DNA of 64,000 nt, from positions 1,364,001-1,428,000 of the forward strand of contig JAGIQG010000043.1 of assembly GCA_024679065.1 (NCBI GenBank), given 5' to 3'. The position numbers were made by a program, and so were the translations under genes. Positions 11,255 through 24,447 of the stretch are shown here, piece after piece; within the stretch, counting starts at the first letter, position 1, and every line of letters starts with the position of its first letter. The DNA comes from Sphyrna mokarran (taxonomy: Eukaryota). The notes beneath the pieces were generated by a model that saw nothing but the letters and a program-made list of their open reading frames with translations, was not told the origin of the DNA and made no database searches.

Positions 11255-13582
11255 TCATAGAATCCCCATGGTACAGAATGAGACCATTCATCAAATCGAG
11301 ACTGTACGGACTCTCTAAGGGTCACTCTTCTCCAGGCCTGCTAATCAACCCTATTCCCATAACCCATAATTGGTGTACGAAAAGAGTTGATTTGCTGGTT
11401 AAGAAGAAAAAGGAGGCTTATGTCAGGATGAGGCTTGAAGGCTCAGGTAGTGCAATGGATAGTTATAGATTAGCTAGGAAGGAGGTAAAAAGTGAATTGA
11501 GGAGAGCTAAGAGGGGACACGAGAACATGTTGGCTGATAGGATTAAGGAGAATCCTAAAGCTTTCTTTCGATATGTTAAGAATAGAAGATTGGTTAGGGC
11601 AAGATTAGGGCCAGTCATAGATAGCAGTGGGAAGTTGTGCGTGGAGCCTGAAGAGATTGGCGAGGCACTGAATAAATATTTCTCTTCGGTATTCACGCAG
11701 AGTGCTGGGAATGTAGCTGTGGAGAGCACTGAGGTACAGGGTTGCAAATTGGGGAGTATTGGAGTAGATAGGGAGGATGTGTTAGAAATTCTCGAGGGTT
11801 TGAAGTTGGATAAGTCCCCTGGGCCGGACGGGATTTACCCTAGGATTCTCTGGGAGGCAAGAGAGGAGATTGCAGAGCCTCTGGCTCTGATCTTCAGGTC
11901 CTCGTTGGTTAGGGGTGTGGTTCCGGAGGACTGGAGGATAGCGAATGTGGTCCCATTGTTCAAGAAGGGGAAGAGCGACCTTCCAGGGAATTATAGGCCA
12001 GTGAGTCTTACTTCTGTTGTGGGCAAAGTATTGGAGAGAATTATTAGGGATCAGATTTATAGTTATTTAGAGAGAAATGAATTGATTGGGGATAGTCAGC
12101 ATGGTTTTGTGAAGGGAAGGTCATGCCTTACTAACCTCATTGAGTTTTTTGAGAAGGTGACCAGAGAGGTGGATGGGGGTAAGGCGGTTGATGTAGTATA
12201 TATGGACTTTAGTAAGGCTTTTGATAAGGTGGCCCATGGAAGACTTCTACAGAAAATGCAGATGTGTGGAATAGAGGGTGATTAGCTAATTGGATTAGAA
12301 ATTGGCTGGCAGATAGAAGACAGAGGGTGGTGGTTGATGGGAGATATTCATCGTGGAGTTCGGTGACGAGTGGTGTGCCTCAGGGGTCTGTTTTGGGGCC
12401 CCCGCTGTTTGTAATTTTTATAAATGATCTGGATGAGGGTATTGAGGGATGGATCAGTAAATTTGCAGCTGATACTAAAGTTGGTGGTGTGGTAGATAGT
12501 GAAGAGGGGTGTTTTAGTTTACAGAGTGACTTGGACAAGTTGCAGAGCTGGGCCGAGAGGTGGCAAATGGAGTTTAATGTGAAAAGTGTGAGGTAATGCA
12601 CTTTGGCAGGCACAATAAATGTGTAGAGTATAGGGCTAATGGTAGGGCTCTTAATAGTGTTGAGGAAACGAAGGATCTTGGTGTATGTGTCAATAGATCC
12701 CTGAAAGTAGGCAGTCAAGTGGATAAAGTTGTTAAGAAGGCTTATGGAGTCTTAGTTTTTATTGGTAGGGGGATTGAATTTAGGAGCCGCAGCATCATGT
12801 TGCAGCTGTACAAAACTCTAGGGCGGCCGCACTTGGAGTATGGTGTGCAGTTCTGGTCGCCACATTATAAGAAAGATGTGGAGGCATTGGAGAGGGTACA
12901 GAGGAGGTTTACTAGGATGTTGCCTGGTATGGAGGGCAGGTCCTATGAAGAGAAGTTGAAGGATTTGAGGTTGTTTTCGTTAGAAAGGAGGCGGCTAAGA
13001 GGGGATCTTATTGAAGCATATAAGATGATTAGAGGTTTAGATAGGGTGGACAGTGATAGCCTTTTTCCTAGGATGGAGAAAGCTAGCACGAGGGGACACA
13101 GCTTTAAATTAAGGGTTATGAGTTATAGGACGGATATCAGAGGTAGGTTCTTTACTCAAAGAGTGATTAGGGAGTGGAATGCCCTGCCTGCAGCTGTTGT
13201 AGATGCGCCAAGTTTGGTGGCGTTTAAGAGGTTAGTGGATAAGTATATGGATGAGAAGGGAATGGTTTAGGAGGAGGGGCATTGCTTTTTATTTTGGTCG
13301 GCACAACATCGAAGGCCGAAGGGCCTGTTCTGTGCTGTATTGTTCTATGTTCTATGTTCTAACCCCAAACATTAAACACGACTAATCCATCTAACCTGCA
13401 CATCTTGGGATACTAAGAGTCGGTATAAACTACACTTGGGAGGGAACAATTGCACCCAGAGGAAACCCACATAGATAAGATGAGAGCATGCAAACTCCAC
13501 ACAGACTCTCATCCAAGGAATTGAACTCGGGTTCCTGGCGCTGTGAAGCAGCCATGCTAACCACTGTGCCACCGTACCGCCG
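11255..13582 (-). mobile_element. HE1-like SINE split by the CR1 insertion (11255-11370 and 13361-13582)
   Basis: Head GGCGGTACGGTGGCACAGTGGTTAGC at 13582->; tail resumes at 11370->11255. Confidence 0.8.
11371..13360 (+). mobile_element. CR1 LINE, 5'-truncated, inserted into a SINE
   Basis: RT motifs in ORFs 11182..13270; a short TAACCC repeat occurs near both junctions. Confidence 0.96.
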
Positions 13583-14159
13583 TTGATCCTTGTGTTTTCC
13601 CACTATAATCAAAATCAGCCACTTACAATCAAATATCTTGGCGCTATTGAACTACATGGCAGATAAAGCAGAGAAAGAGGGCATTCCCCATCATACCTGT
13701 GCTATCCAGAAAGCTCGCTGTCTATTCCAATCCATAGTCAGCATCTAATCTGTAGCTTGTGCATTGTACATGGGGATTCAAGTCCCATTTATCACTCATT
13801 AAAATTCCACTATCGAAAATAAACAGCTAATTTGAAACACCAGCCACCGTGCAATAATTACGTATCTTACTTGTGTAAACACTTCATCGTTGACAGCCAC
13901 TTGTTGAAATTGTATTCATCGAATTTAATATAGTAAATGTGGCAGCGCCTTTTCAAACAGTATGATCCCAGAAGGAAAATATTATTAGTGACCGGGTCAC
14001 ATTGTTGCATTTTTAGATCTTTGTTGATGGTGTAAATATCAGCAAGAACACTGAACCACAAGCACGGGCAGAATTATTCTCACTTCCAACCACACAGGCA
14101 CAGAAAGACATACACGTGCAAACACAGGCACACAGACAGAGACAGAAATTCAAATGCAC

Positions 14160-14166
14160 ACGCCCG

Positions 14167-14200
<34 letters not shown>
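14160..14200. repeat. (CG)n(CA)n microsatellite
   Basis: Direct reading. Confidence 0.95.
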
Positions 14201-14261
14201 ATTTTCTAACCGAAGCATTAACTCAATCGCTGTATAATTAGTTGGAAGACCCGCCGAGATA

Positions 14262-14810
14262 CATAGAACATAGAACATAGAACATTACAGCGCAGTACAG
14301 GCCCTTCGGCCCTCGATGTTGCTCCGGCCAGTGGACCCTCTAACCTAAACTATTCCAATATCATCCATGTGCCTACCACCGAACATTTGAATGCCCCCAA
14401 AGTAGGCGAGTCCACAACTGCTGCAGGCAGGGCATTCCACGCCCTCACCACCCTCTGTGTAAAGAACCTGCCTCTGACATCCGTCCTATAACTACCACCT
14501 CTTAATTTAAAGTTATGTCCCCTCGTGTTGGTCATCACCATCCGAGGAAAAAGGCTCTCAGTATCCACCCTATCCAATCCCTTGATCATCTTAAACGCCT
14601 CAATTAGGTCACCGCGTAACCTTCTTCTCTCTAATGAAAATAACCTCAGGTTCCTAAGCCTTTCCTCATAAGGCGTTCCCACCATACCAGGCAACATCCT
14701 GGTAAACCTCCTCTGCACCCTTTCCAATGCTTCCACATCTTTCTTATAATGTGGCGACCAGAACTGTACGCAATACTCCAAGTGCAGCCACACCAAAGTT
14801 TTGTACATAT
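14262..14810 (-). mobile_element. CR1 3' end (second subfamily)
   Basis: ORF 14350..14907 C-terminal motifs; (CATAGAA)n tail. Confidence 0.93.
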
Positions 14811-14965
14811 TCTGGTAAAATATGTTTTCATTCACATGTGGATGCTTCAGGCAGTGAAACTGCTCTCTGATAGCCACAAGAAACGTCCAGCATGGAACAT
14901 CCTGCACCTTATACCAAAACCCGGAAATTGTCTATACTGTATTGGAATATTTGGAAAGCACTTAC

Positions 14966-15015
14966 CTGAACTGCACCGGCTTTTGTTCCCATTCCATATG
15001 TTTGGCGGCAATTGT
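14966..15015 (-). pseudogene. Exon 7, cytoplasmic (DNCRQTYGMGTKAGAVQ)
   Basis: ctttgttacacag acceptor, consensus CAG|GTAAGT donor, 50 nt, phase 1->0. Confidence 0.72.
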
Positions 15016-15439
15016 CTGTGTAACAAAGTGGAAGATTGCAATATAAACATAATCCTCTACCGGCTAAGTTATGATTAATTTGAGACAAGTGCACAAATGA
15101 TTTCCTGTTGAACCAATGCATCGATTGACCAAATGCCTCAATGGGTGTCAATCCAAAGAAGTTCCTCACGTACCCCAGTGTTATCCTAATACATACACGC
15201 TCCTTCAGTACATCAACTGCCAAGAAATACTTCAATGGACCCCAGTCCACCAATGGATGGAGAAGGCATATCTATCCCACATGCCGTCTATTGCCCCACT
15301 GACATTTCAGTGCTAAAAGTGAGAGGCAAATGTGTACTTTTCTATGGGAGCAGCAAGGGATTAATTGAGAAACAGTTTGCGGGCTGGAACTACACTTAAT
15401 TTCTTCCATTTTAGCATTTCTTTGTCACACCACCAAGGA

Positions 15440-15915
15440 CCCATATTAAATTCCACAGTTAGGTTATTGCCTGTGTGAAATGTGCACTTCGTCCCTTGTA
15501 CCTGCGTGGATTTCCTCTAAATGATTCCATTTCCTTTGAGTCCTCTGGTTTTCTCTCACGGTCAAAAGATGTATAGGTTAGGTTGGTTGGCCAAGCTAAA
15601 TGGCCCTTGACTCCTCAAATATTAGCAGGTTAGATGAAATGGCTATGTCGAATTAAATCATAGTGTCAAAAAATGTGCAGTTTAGGTGGATTGACCATGC
15701 TGAATTGTCCCTTAGTGTCCAATAGTGACCAGAATAGTTGAACTGGCCAGATTCCTGGTTGTAAATGCCCAAACATTTGCAGGTAAATTGGATTGGCTAT
15801 GTTGAATTGCTCCTTAGTGTCCACAGATGTGCAGGGTTACGTGGACTGATCATTCCCAATTTTCCCTTACTGTCATGGGATGTGCCATGCGCTCGTTAGC
15901 GTCAGGGTTACGGGG
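15440..15915 (+). mobile_element. HE1-like SINE with an internal ~52-bp tandem expansion
   Basis: About six degenerate copies of GATGTGCAGGTTAGGTGGATTGGCCATGCTAAATTGCCCCTTAGTGTCCA at 15567-15880. Confidence 0.75.
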
Positions 15916-16043
15916 TTAGGGGGTGGCTGTGATTGTTACCACCTTATTCTCAATAGACCAACTGTCCTCCTTCTGTGCTGTTAGGATTCTGATATGTATA
16001 TTCAATGATGCTGAACCTGTGCCAATATTTGAATGCAACTTAC

Positions 16044-16096
16044 CCGTTTGTCTGTCTGTTTGCACCCCTCTGTGTGATGTCTCTCTCAAGCTAAAA
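16044..16096 (-). pseudogene. Exon 6, cytoplasmic (IFSLRETSHRGVQTDRQT)
   Basis: Polypyrimidine tract plus ccag acceptor (an alternative in-frame AG lies 6 nt further in), G|GTAAGT donor, phase 2->1. Confidence 0.72.
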
Positions 16097-16269
16097 CTGG
16101 ATAAGGCAATAGAAAAAAGAATAAGCAAGAGGCACATCTGGCAAATCCTGGCCGAGAAGCCAGAAGTGCACCAGCAGAAGTACGCCAGTGGGGTTGAATT
16201 GGACTGAACACAGTATTTAATAGACAGATAGTATTTGGGGTGAATTTTGTAAATGGTTCGGTTACTCAC

Positions 16270-16300
16270 ATTTCATTGCAGCCTCTCTTAGCTCGCTTTT
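16270..16300 (-). pseudogene. Exon 5, cytoplasmic (EKRAKRGCNE)
   Basis: cttgtttcag acceptor, GTGAGT donor, 31 nt, phase 1->2, open frame. Confidence 0.72.
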
Positions 16301-16398
16301 CTGAAACAAGACACCATGACCAACAGTAGATAAATATATGAGGAAAATCAATTCAATGAATAATGCTGATATTATCCCTCCTGAAAATTAATCCTTAC

Positions 16399-16500
16399 CG
16401 GTTCTGCTTTTTTTCCAAATGCAAATGGAAAAGAGCAGCCAGAATAGAATCGCGATCGCCAGGACAGTGATGGCAATGGGATGTTCCAGATCACACCATC
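16399..16500 (-). pseudogene. Exon 4, connecting peptide and transmembrane segment
   Basis: ttttttccctctgtag| GWCDLEHPIAITVLAIAILFWLLFSICIWKKSRT |GTAAGG; phase 1-1; uncharged 21-aa TM followed by basic stop-transfer residues. Confidence 0.87.
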
Positions 16501-16944
16501 CTACAGAGGGAAAAAATATTGAAACTGTTGCTAGGTCAAGTCATTTTTTTCTGTGCTTGAAAGATGTCAAACTGAACACAGGCAGAGTGAACCCTTGAGA
16601 TTCAATGTTGTTTTTTTTTGCCATCACCGAATCTCCTATGATGGCTATAAGTTCATTTTAGAGCTGGGATTCCTGCGGAGGAACTCACTATCTGACTCCA
16701 CCAAACTTGTCCACTGTCTGCAAAGCATCGTTCAGGATTGTGATGGATTACTTCTTATTTGCTTACTTGGGTGCATCTCCAAAAACACTCAAGAAGCATG
16801 GCACTACCCAGAATATAAAAAAAACACGTGTTTGGCACCACACCCACTTCTGCCACTACTCAACACTCAGAAGCGTCAGTGTGCACCATCTGCGAGATGT
16901 GCTGCATTTGTTCAGCAAAGATACGTAAATAGATTATAATACCA

Positions 16945-18355
16945 CTAGACCATCAAACCATAAGGCATAGCAGAAGAATGCGGCCTCTCGTTCCATCGAG
17001 TGTTCTCCGCTATTCAATCATGGCTGATATTTTTTCTCATCCTCATTCTCCTCCATTCATCCCATCTCTGTCTTAAAGATGCTCAGTGACTTGGCTTCCA
17101 CAGCCTTCTTCGGGATATAGATCCATAGATCCGCCAGTCTCCGGCTGAAGAAACTCCGACTTAACTTTGTTTTAAAGGATTGCTCGTTTAGCCTGAAGTT
17201 ATGGTCTGTGATTCTAGTTATTTTTTTTCTACTAGTGAAACTTCCTCGCCACGTCCACTCTATCCAGACCTCGCTGAATCCAATAAGTTTCAATAAGATC
17301 ATCCACCCACCCCCATCCTCCTAAACTCCAATGAGTACATACCCAGAGTCCTCAACCATTCCTCAGATGACAAACTTTTCATCCCAGGGATCATTCTTTC
17401 TTCAAGGTCTGCAAATAGTTCCTTAGATGAGGGACCAAAGTCTGTTCATGATATTCCAAATGTTTTCCGACCAGAGCCTCATACATCATCAGAAGTACAT
17501 CCCTGCTATTGTACTCTAGCCCTCTCAACTTGAATGCTAACATTGCATTTGACATCCTAGCTACCGATTGAACATGCACGTTAACCTTAAGAGAATCTTG
17601 TACGCTGGTAGCCCCTGGCGCCATTACTTCTTGAAAGATCACCACTAATGCCTCCACAATTTCATAAACTATCACCTTTAGAGTATTGGTCTGTAGTCCA
17701 TCTGGTCTAGGTTATTCACCTGCATTCACAACATGCAGTTTTCCAGAACCTTGTTTTTAGCGAAGGCCATTACATTCAACTGTGCCTGTTGACTGCCCTG
17801 GAGCCCTAGCATCCCCCTGGTGTTTTTCCCAGTGAATGCTGATGCAACGTAACTATTCAGTTCGTCTGCCACTGCTTTCTTTCCTATTATTACTTCCGAG
17901 CCTCATTTTCGAATGGCACAATAGTGACTATTTTTGCCTCTGTCATACTGTTTAAAACATTGAAAAAAACGCTCTTCCCATTTCTTCTATATTATTAGCA
18001 AGCTAAATTTCCTCTTCTCCCCTCTTATTGCTTTCTTATCTGTCCACTACTCGCTTTTAAAGGCTTCCAAATGGTCTGGCTTCCCAATAATGTTTCAATA
18101 GTCATCGTCACTTTGTATGTTTTCATTTGCTTTTATACTGCTTTGACTTCCCTCGTCAGCCATGGATGCCTCGCCATCATCTGACCATGTTTCCTCTCCG
18201 TTGGAATGAATTTCTGTTGTTTTTCCCGAATAATTCTCAAAAAACTCTTGCCATTGCAATTCCACTGTCTTCCCTGCTAGGCTCCGTTTCCAATCAACTC
18301 TGGCCGCTGCTCCCTAATGGGTTTTAGTTCCCCTTACTCAAGTATAATGCCGTTA
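16945..18355 (-). mobile_element. Old degraded CR1 fragments
   Basis: ORFs 17057..17302 and 17391..17675 carry eroded RT C-terminal motifs; continues at about 19556-20250. Confidence 0.75.
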
Positions 18356-19555
18356 CATAGAACATAGAACATAGAACATTACAGCGCAGTACAGGCCCTT
18401 CGGCCCTCGATGTTGCGCCAGCCAGTGGACCCTCTAACCTAAACTATTCCAATATCATCCATATGCCTATCCACCGAACATTCGAATGCCCCCAAAGTAG
18501 GCGAGTCCACAACTGCTGCAGGCAGAACATTCTACGCTCTCACCACCCTCTGTGTAAAGAACCTGCCCCTGACATCCGTCCTATAACTACCACCTCTTAA
18601 TTTAAAGTTATGTCCCCTCGTGTTGGTCATCACCATCCGAGGGAAAAGGCTCTCACTATCCACCCTATCCAATCCCTTGATCATCTGATACGCCTCAATT
18701 AGGTCACCCCGTAACCTTCTTCTCTCTAATGAAAATAACCTCAGGTCCCTCAGCCTTTCCTCATAAGGCCTTCCCATCATACCAGGCAACATCCTGGTAA
18801 ACCTCCTCTGCACCCTTTCCAATGCTTCCACATCTTTCTTATAATGCAGCGAACAGAACTGTACGCAATACTCCAAGTGCGGCCGCACCAAGTTTTGTAC
18901 AGTTGTAACATAACCTCACGGCTCCTAAATTCAATCCCTCTACCAATAAAAGCTAACACACCGTACGCCTTCTGAACAACTTTATCAACCTGGGTGCCAA
19001 CTTTCAAAGAGCTATGTACTTGTACCCCAAGATCCCTCTGCTCGACAACGCTATTAAAGGTCCTTCCATTAACCCTATATTTCATATGCCTGTTATTCCT
19101 ACCAAAGTGAATCACCTCACACTTATCCATATTGAATTCCATTTGCCACCTCACGGCCCAGCTCTGCAACCTATCTATGTTCCTCTGCAAACTGTAACAT
19201 CCATCCTCGCTATCTACAACTCCCCCCACTTTGGTATCATCAGCAAATTTACTAATCCAACCCCCTACACCCTCATCTAGGTCATTTATAAAAGTAACAT
19301 ACAGCAGTGGCCCTAAAACAGATCCTTGAGGTACACCACTTGTAACTGCACTCCAGGTTGAATATTTCCCATCAACCACCACCCTCTGTCTTCTATCAGC
19401 TAGCCAATTCCTAATCCAAACTGCTAAATCACCTTCAATCCATGCATCTGCACTTTCTGCAGTAGCCTACCATGGGGAACCTTATCAAACGCTTTGCTAA
19501 AATCCATATACACTACATCAACTGCCTTACCCTTATCTACCTCTTTGGTCATCTG
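18356..19555 (-). mobile_element. CR1 3' part (second subfamily) nested in an older CR1
   Basis: ORFs 18532..19382 ([19 protein letters not shown]) and tail. Confidence 0.94.
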
Positions 19556-20251
19556 ACTCCAGCTTCTCCTGTTCAAACTGGAAGACAAATCCTATAACAT
19601 TGTCGCCACTGCTCCCTAAGGTTTCCATCACCTTGAGCTCCCTAATCAAGACTGCTTTACTTCATATCGCTAAGTCTAGAATTGCCTATTCTCTAGTAAG
19701 CTCTGTACAAGCTGCTCGAAACAAAATCTCTTTGACATTTCACAAATGTATTTTCTTGGGATCCATTACTTACCTAATTTCCCCAGTCCACCTGCATATT
19801 GAAGCCCCCCACCCATGATTATTGTAATATTGCTATTGTTATATGCCTTTCCGATCGCCTGATTTATTGTCTGCCCCACATTCTGACTATTGCGAGGGAA
19901 CCTGTACATAACTCGCTTCAGAGTCTTTTTTTTAACCTTAGAGATTCTTCAGTTCCATTTTTTTTGGTCCTATATCACTTCTCGTATAGAGTTTACTTCG
20001 TTCCTTACAAACAATGCAAGTTTGACAAGTCCTGCCATTTGAATCTGACACATATCATTGGGTATTTAGATATCAGCCCTGAACTCATTGCAGCCATACC
20101 CTTGTCCACATTGTATCAGCCAATTTCAATGTGTGCAACAAGCCTATTTACCTTGTTCCATGCAGTGCATGGATTTAGGCATGAGACCTTCTGTCTTGCA
20201 TTGTTCACCTCCCGTCGCATACTAGTCGCTTGTTATACTCTGGCTGAGGTT

Positions 20252-21862
20252 AGATGGACATTAAGAAAGAAGATGTTTTGGAACTTTTAAATTGCATCAA
20301 GGTAGATGAATCGCCAGGACCGCATGGGATGTATCCCAGGTGAGGGAAGAGACTGAAGAGCCTCTGGCGATGAGCTTGGCGCCGTCGATGGGGACAGGAG
20401 AGGTTCCGAAGGACTGGAGGATGTGGATGTTGTTTCCATTTTCAAGAAAGTGAACAGGAATAGCTCGGGAAATTACCGACTGGTAAGTCTGGCCTCAGCT
20501 GTTGGTAAGTTGATGGAGAGGATCCCAGGGAAAGGATTTATGAACATTTAAAGAAGTTTAGCATGATCAAAAGTTGTCAGCATCGCTTTGTCAAGGACAG
20601 GTCGTGTCTGAGAGCTTAGTTGATTTTTTGGAAAATGTGACTAAACACTTTGAAGAAGGAAGAGCGGTGGATCTCGTTTATATTTTTGATAAGGTCCCCC
20701 AGGCAACATTTGAAAGACATGGGATCCCAGGGGCTGTGGGTCCACAACTGGCTTGCCTGCAGAAGGTAGAGAGTTGTTGTGAATGGGTCTTCTCTGCATG
20801 AAGGTCGGTTACCAGTGGAGTGCCCCAGGGATCTGTTCTACGACCCTTGCTGTTTGTTATTTTCATAAATGACCCGGATGAGGAAGTGGAGGGGTGGGTT
20901 TGTAAGTTTTCCGATGACACGAAAGTTGGTTTTGTTGCGGATAGTCTGGGGGAATGTCAGATGTTGCAGGGAGACATAGATCGGATACAAGACTGGGCGG
21001 AGAAGTGGCAGATGGACTGAGTGCAGATCTGGGATCCTTACTACTCGAAAGATGTGGAAGCTATTGAAAAGATGCACAGGCGATTTACAGGGATAGAACA
21101 TAGAACATAGAACATTACAGCACAGAACAGACCCTTCGGCCTTCGATGTTGCGCCACCAATATAAAAAGCAATGACCCTCCAAACTAAACCATTCCCTTC
21201 TCTTCCATACACTTATCAACTAACCTCTTAAACGCTACCAAACTTGGCGCATCTACAACAGCCGCAAACAGGGCATTCCACTCCCTAACCACCCTTTGGG
21301 TAAAGAACCTACCTCTGATATCCGTCCTATAACTATTAACCCTTAATTTAAAGCTGTGTCCCCTCGTGCTAGCTTTAAAGCTGTGTCCCCTCGTGCTAGC
21401 TACTCGTGGATGTTCCCTGGATTGAGTGGCATGCCTTATGAGGATAGATTGAGGGAGCTAGGTATTTTCTCCCTGGAGAGACGAAGAATGGGATGTGACC
21501 TGATAGAGGTTTATCAGTTGTTGAGAGGAATAGCTAGCGTGGATTCTCAGAGGCTATTTCCCAGATCTGAAATGGTCGTTACGAGATGACTCATATTTAA
21601 GGTGCTGGGGACTAGGTACAGAGAAGACGTCAGGAGTAAGTTTTTCACTCAAAGGGTGGTGAGTGAGTTCAATCGTCTGGATAGTGGAGTTAAATTTGCT
21701 GGGTTCTTTTAAAGGACTTCTGAATGAGTTCATGGGATGCAATGAGACTGAGTGATATAGAAAGGCCTGCTAGGTAGGGATATGTTCGGCGCAACTTGTG
21801 GCCCAAAGGACCTGTTAATGCTGTAGTGTTCTATGTGCTATGTTTAATGTTTTATATGTTCT
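20252..21862 (+). mobile_element. Degraded CR1 ORF2 with a nested minus-strand young CR1 3' end (about 21094-21400)
   Basis: RT motifs at 20574-21020 and 21410-21750; inverted tail insert with a duplicated AAAGCTGTGTCCCCTCGTGCTAGCT. Confidence 0.88.
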
Positions 21863-23514
21863 AGATTGCTGCCAGTTACTGTACTCTATTTTATTGCGTG
21901 GTCTGCAAAGTTTACTACCTTCACTGGAGCCCTCAGCTCCACTAAACTGCACTTCCTCCCTGTCCATTAACTTCGATTTTTTTAGCCCCATCTCCACCCC
22001 AAATTATACGAATCACCAGGAATCTGTTCCCAACACAATTCAGATGAAGACCATTCCACCTGAACAAGTCCCCTCTTCTCCGATAAAGGCGTCAATGTCC
22101 CATGAATTCAAATCCACTTTTTTTCCCTCCAATCATTGTCGTACACATTTACCTCCTTAATCTTATTGACCCTGTGCCAATGCTCAGGTAGTAATCGAGC
22201 GATTATTACCTTCTTGGTTCTGCTTTTTTCTTAGCTCCTAGATGTTCATGCTCCCTAAGCAGAAATGTTGTTCTTGTTCTATCTATGTTATTGGTACCAA
22301 AGTGGTCAACGACCACTGGGGCCTGTATCCTTCCACTGCAAGTACCTTTGCAGCTCAGCGGATGTGACATGATCCCGAGCACCAGGCAGCCTACACAACA
22401 TTCAGATTTCTTGATTCTGGTCACAGAGGGCAGTGTCAATGTCTCTTACTGTACAATCCTAAATTCGGACTACATTTTGTTTCTCCCACGACTTGAATGG
22501 CACCGTCCCAAACCTACAATCATGTCCATCTAGAAGGACAAGAACAGCAGATACCTGGAAACACTACCACATACAAGTTCCCCTCCGACCTTTTCACTAT
22601 ACTCACTTGGAAATATTTCAGCCATTCTTTCGCAGTCTTTTGGTAAAGATTCTAATATTTCCTATCTAACAGCTCTGCAAGTCAACCTACTACTCATGGA
22701 CTATAGCGGTTTAAGAATGCAACTCACCACTATCTTCTGAAAGGCGACTAAGAATAGGAAATAATTGCTGGCGTAGCCAACGACCCATGTGTGGCGCGAA
22801 TACCGTTGAAAAGTGGTACCCATATACTCGGGAGTGAAATAAAAATATGCAATACACGGAATAGCTGGCAATCTGTGAATGAACAGGATGGAATGAATGA
22901 CATTACTCTTACGAGTAGGGATCAGTAATTTGACAGGCCTGACAGGATAGTTCCACATTCAGTGTGTATCAGATTGTATGATAACAGCAACACACCAACA
23001 CTTATTTGAAAACTGAATCATAGAACTATACAGGCCTATGGTGTCCTCGCTGAAAGATCTGTTGAAATTTTGCTACTCTACATATATTTTTCTCACAGCC
23101 TTGTACATTTCTCTGCATCGAGTCCAGATGCAATTCCAGTTGTTACACTTATTGTTACATATGCTTCCATTGGCCTTTCATAACACCGTATCGAACAGCG
23201 GGAAATAATCTAAAAATCCAAAATCTGTAAAGCTTTTCTCCTGACATTGGAGTGCAGGTATTAGCAATTATAAATTATACAGGTATCAGATGGAAACTAA
23301 GGATTGTGAAGTGAGGTTCTGGGAAATTGAGCTGATGCCTCATAGAGAGAAAAAAAATAACAACTCCTGTTTGTTTTCTGAACGCAAAGTGTATCCGGAT
23401 AGGAGTTATCCCAATTCAATTCCGAAATCCATTGTCTAAAACGGGCCGTTGAAGCAGATTCAACAATAACTTTTAACAAGGAAAACAGAGAATTTTATGT
23501 TGATTGAATGGTGT

Positions 23515-23803
23515 ACTGTAGGTTTGCATTAACACGGCAACATCAGCAATGTTGTAAAGTCCAATAGTGTGAAAATCCCCTAAACGCCACACTCTAGCGC
23601 TTGCTCAGGTACACTAGTGGAAAATTTGTCGAAGCAAATGCACCTAGACAGCATGCCTTTCGCACTCTTGGAGGAAACAGGAGCAACCGATGAAACCCAC
23701 ACAGACGTGGGAAGAACATGCAGTGAACCAAGTCTGGAATTGAACTGTAGTAATAGGCGCTGTGAGACTGCAGTGCTAACCACTGTGCTACAGTGCTGCC
23801 CAT
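23515..23803 (-). mobile_element. HE1-like SINE
   Basis: Head GCACAGTGGTTAGCACTGCAGTCTCACAGCGCC on the minus strand. Confidence 0.8.
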
Positions 23804-24048
23804 ATTGCGACTTGAAGGGGAAATGTTTAAAGTTTGAAGTTATAATTTAGTTTCACAAGGCGGCTTACATGAACACTGTCATGACGTTACTGTGAAATTC
23901 CCCAAGATCCGGTTATAGGGATAAAATAGTTAAAATTGGAGGTTTCTATCAGTCAATTCACAATCTTCAGTATCTTAGTATGTGATATATTGCCCCCAAC
24001 TGAACAGGAGTTGAATTCAAAACACAGTTGTGAAATTTACCAACTCAC

Positions 24049-24366
24049 CCGCTGCTTTGGAGAACGATACACTCTTTCTCCAGTATTTTCCTGGAATCCC
24101 CAGTTGAACAATGCAAGTACAGACAGTACCGCTTCTCCAAACGTCCGCTGACACCATTATATGACTTTTGATGCTGCAGGTTTCGTCTTCTTCCCTTGTC
24201 CCGGGATCACTCGATCCCTCAGTGAGCTGGCCGGAAATATTCCAGAAAATAACAATCTGGTTGGAGGAAACTCCACTCACCAAACACACTAAGGGCACGG
24301 TATCATTCACATCCACCTTAGCCAGCGGGATAAACACCTGCAAAGCCGTCTTCGTGGTAGAACTGT
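24049..24366 (-). pseudogene. Exon 3, C1-set Ig domain
   Basis: DSSTTKTALQVFIP...VPLVCLVSGVSSNQIVIFWNISG...VSADVWRSGTVCTCIVQ...KSVSFSKAA, with C1 hallmarks LVCLVSG, W and WxSGxxxxC. Donor G|GTGAG. The in-frame acceptor reads ctgtccGG instead of AG at 24367-24368. Confidence 0.92.
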
Positions 24367-24447
24367 CCGGACAGATTGGGACAAAGTTATTTTACACAAA
24401 ATGCTAATGCCCTGCACAATCTGAATTAAGTACACTTGCTCTCTTAC

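Noticed and set aside
13867-14061. 64-aa minus-strand ORF / 180-nt exon-like segment (AG at 14051, GT at 13870) in the last intron of the VJ-C1 gene
   Set aside because: In the phase 0 required after exon 7 it hits TGA at codon 4; the open frame has no motif I recognise.
15567-15880. Repeat array as a CRISPR-like structure
   Set aside because: Tandem degenerate SINE units with no unique spacers, in eukaryotic DNA.
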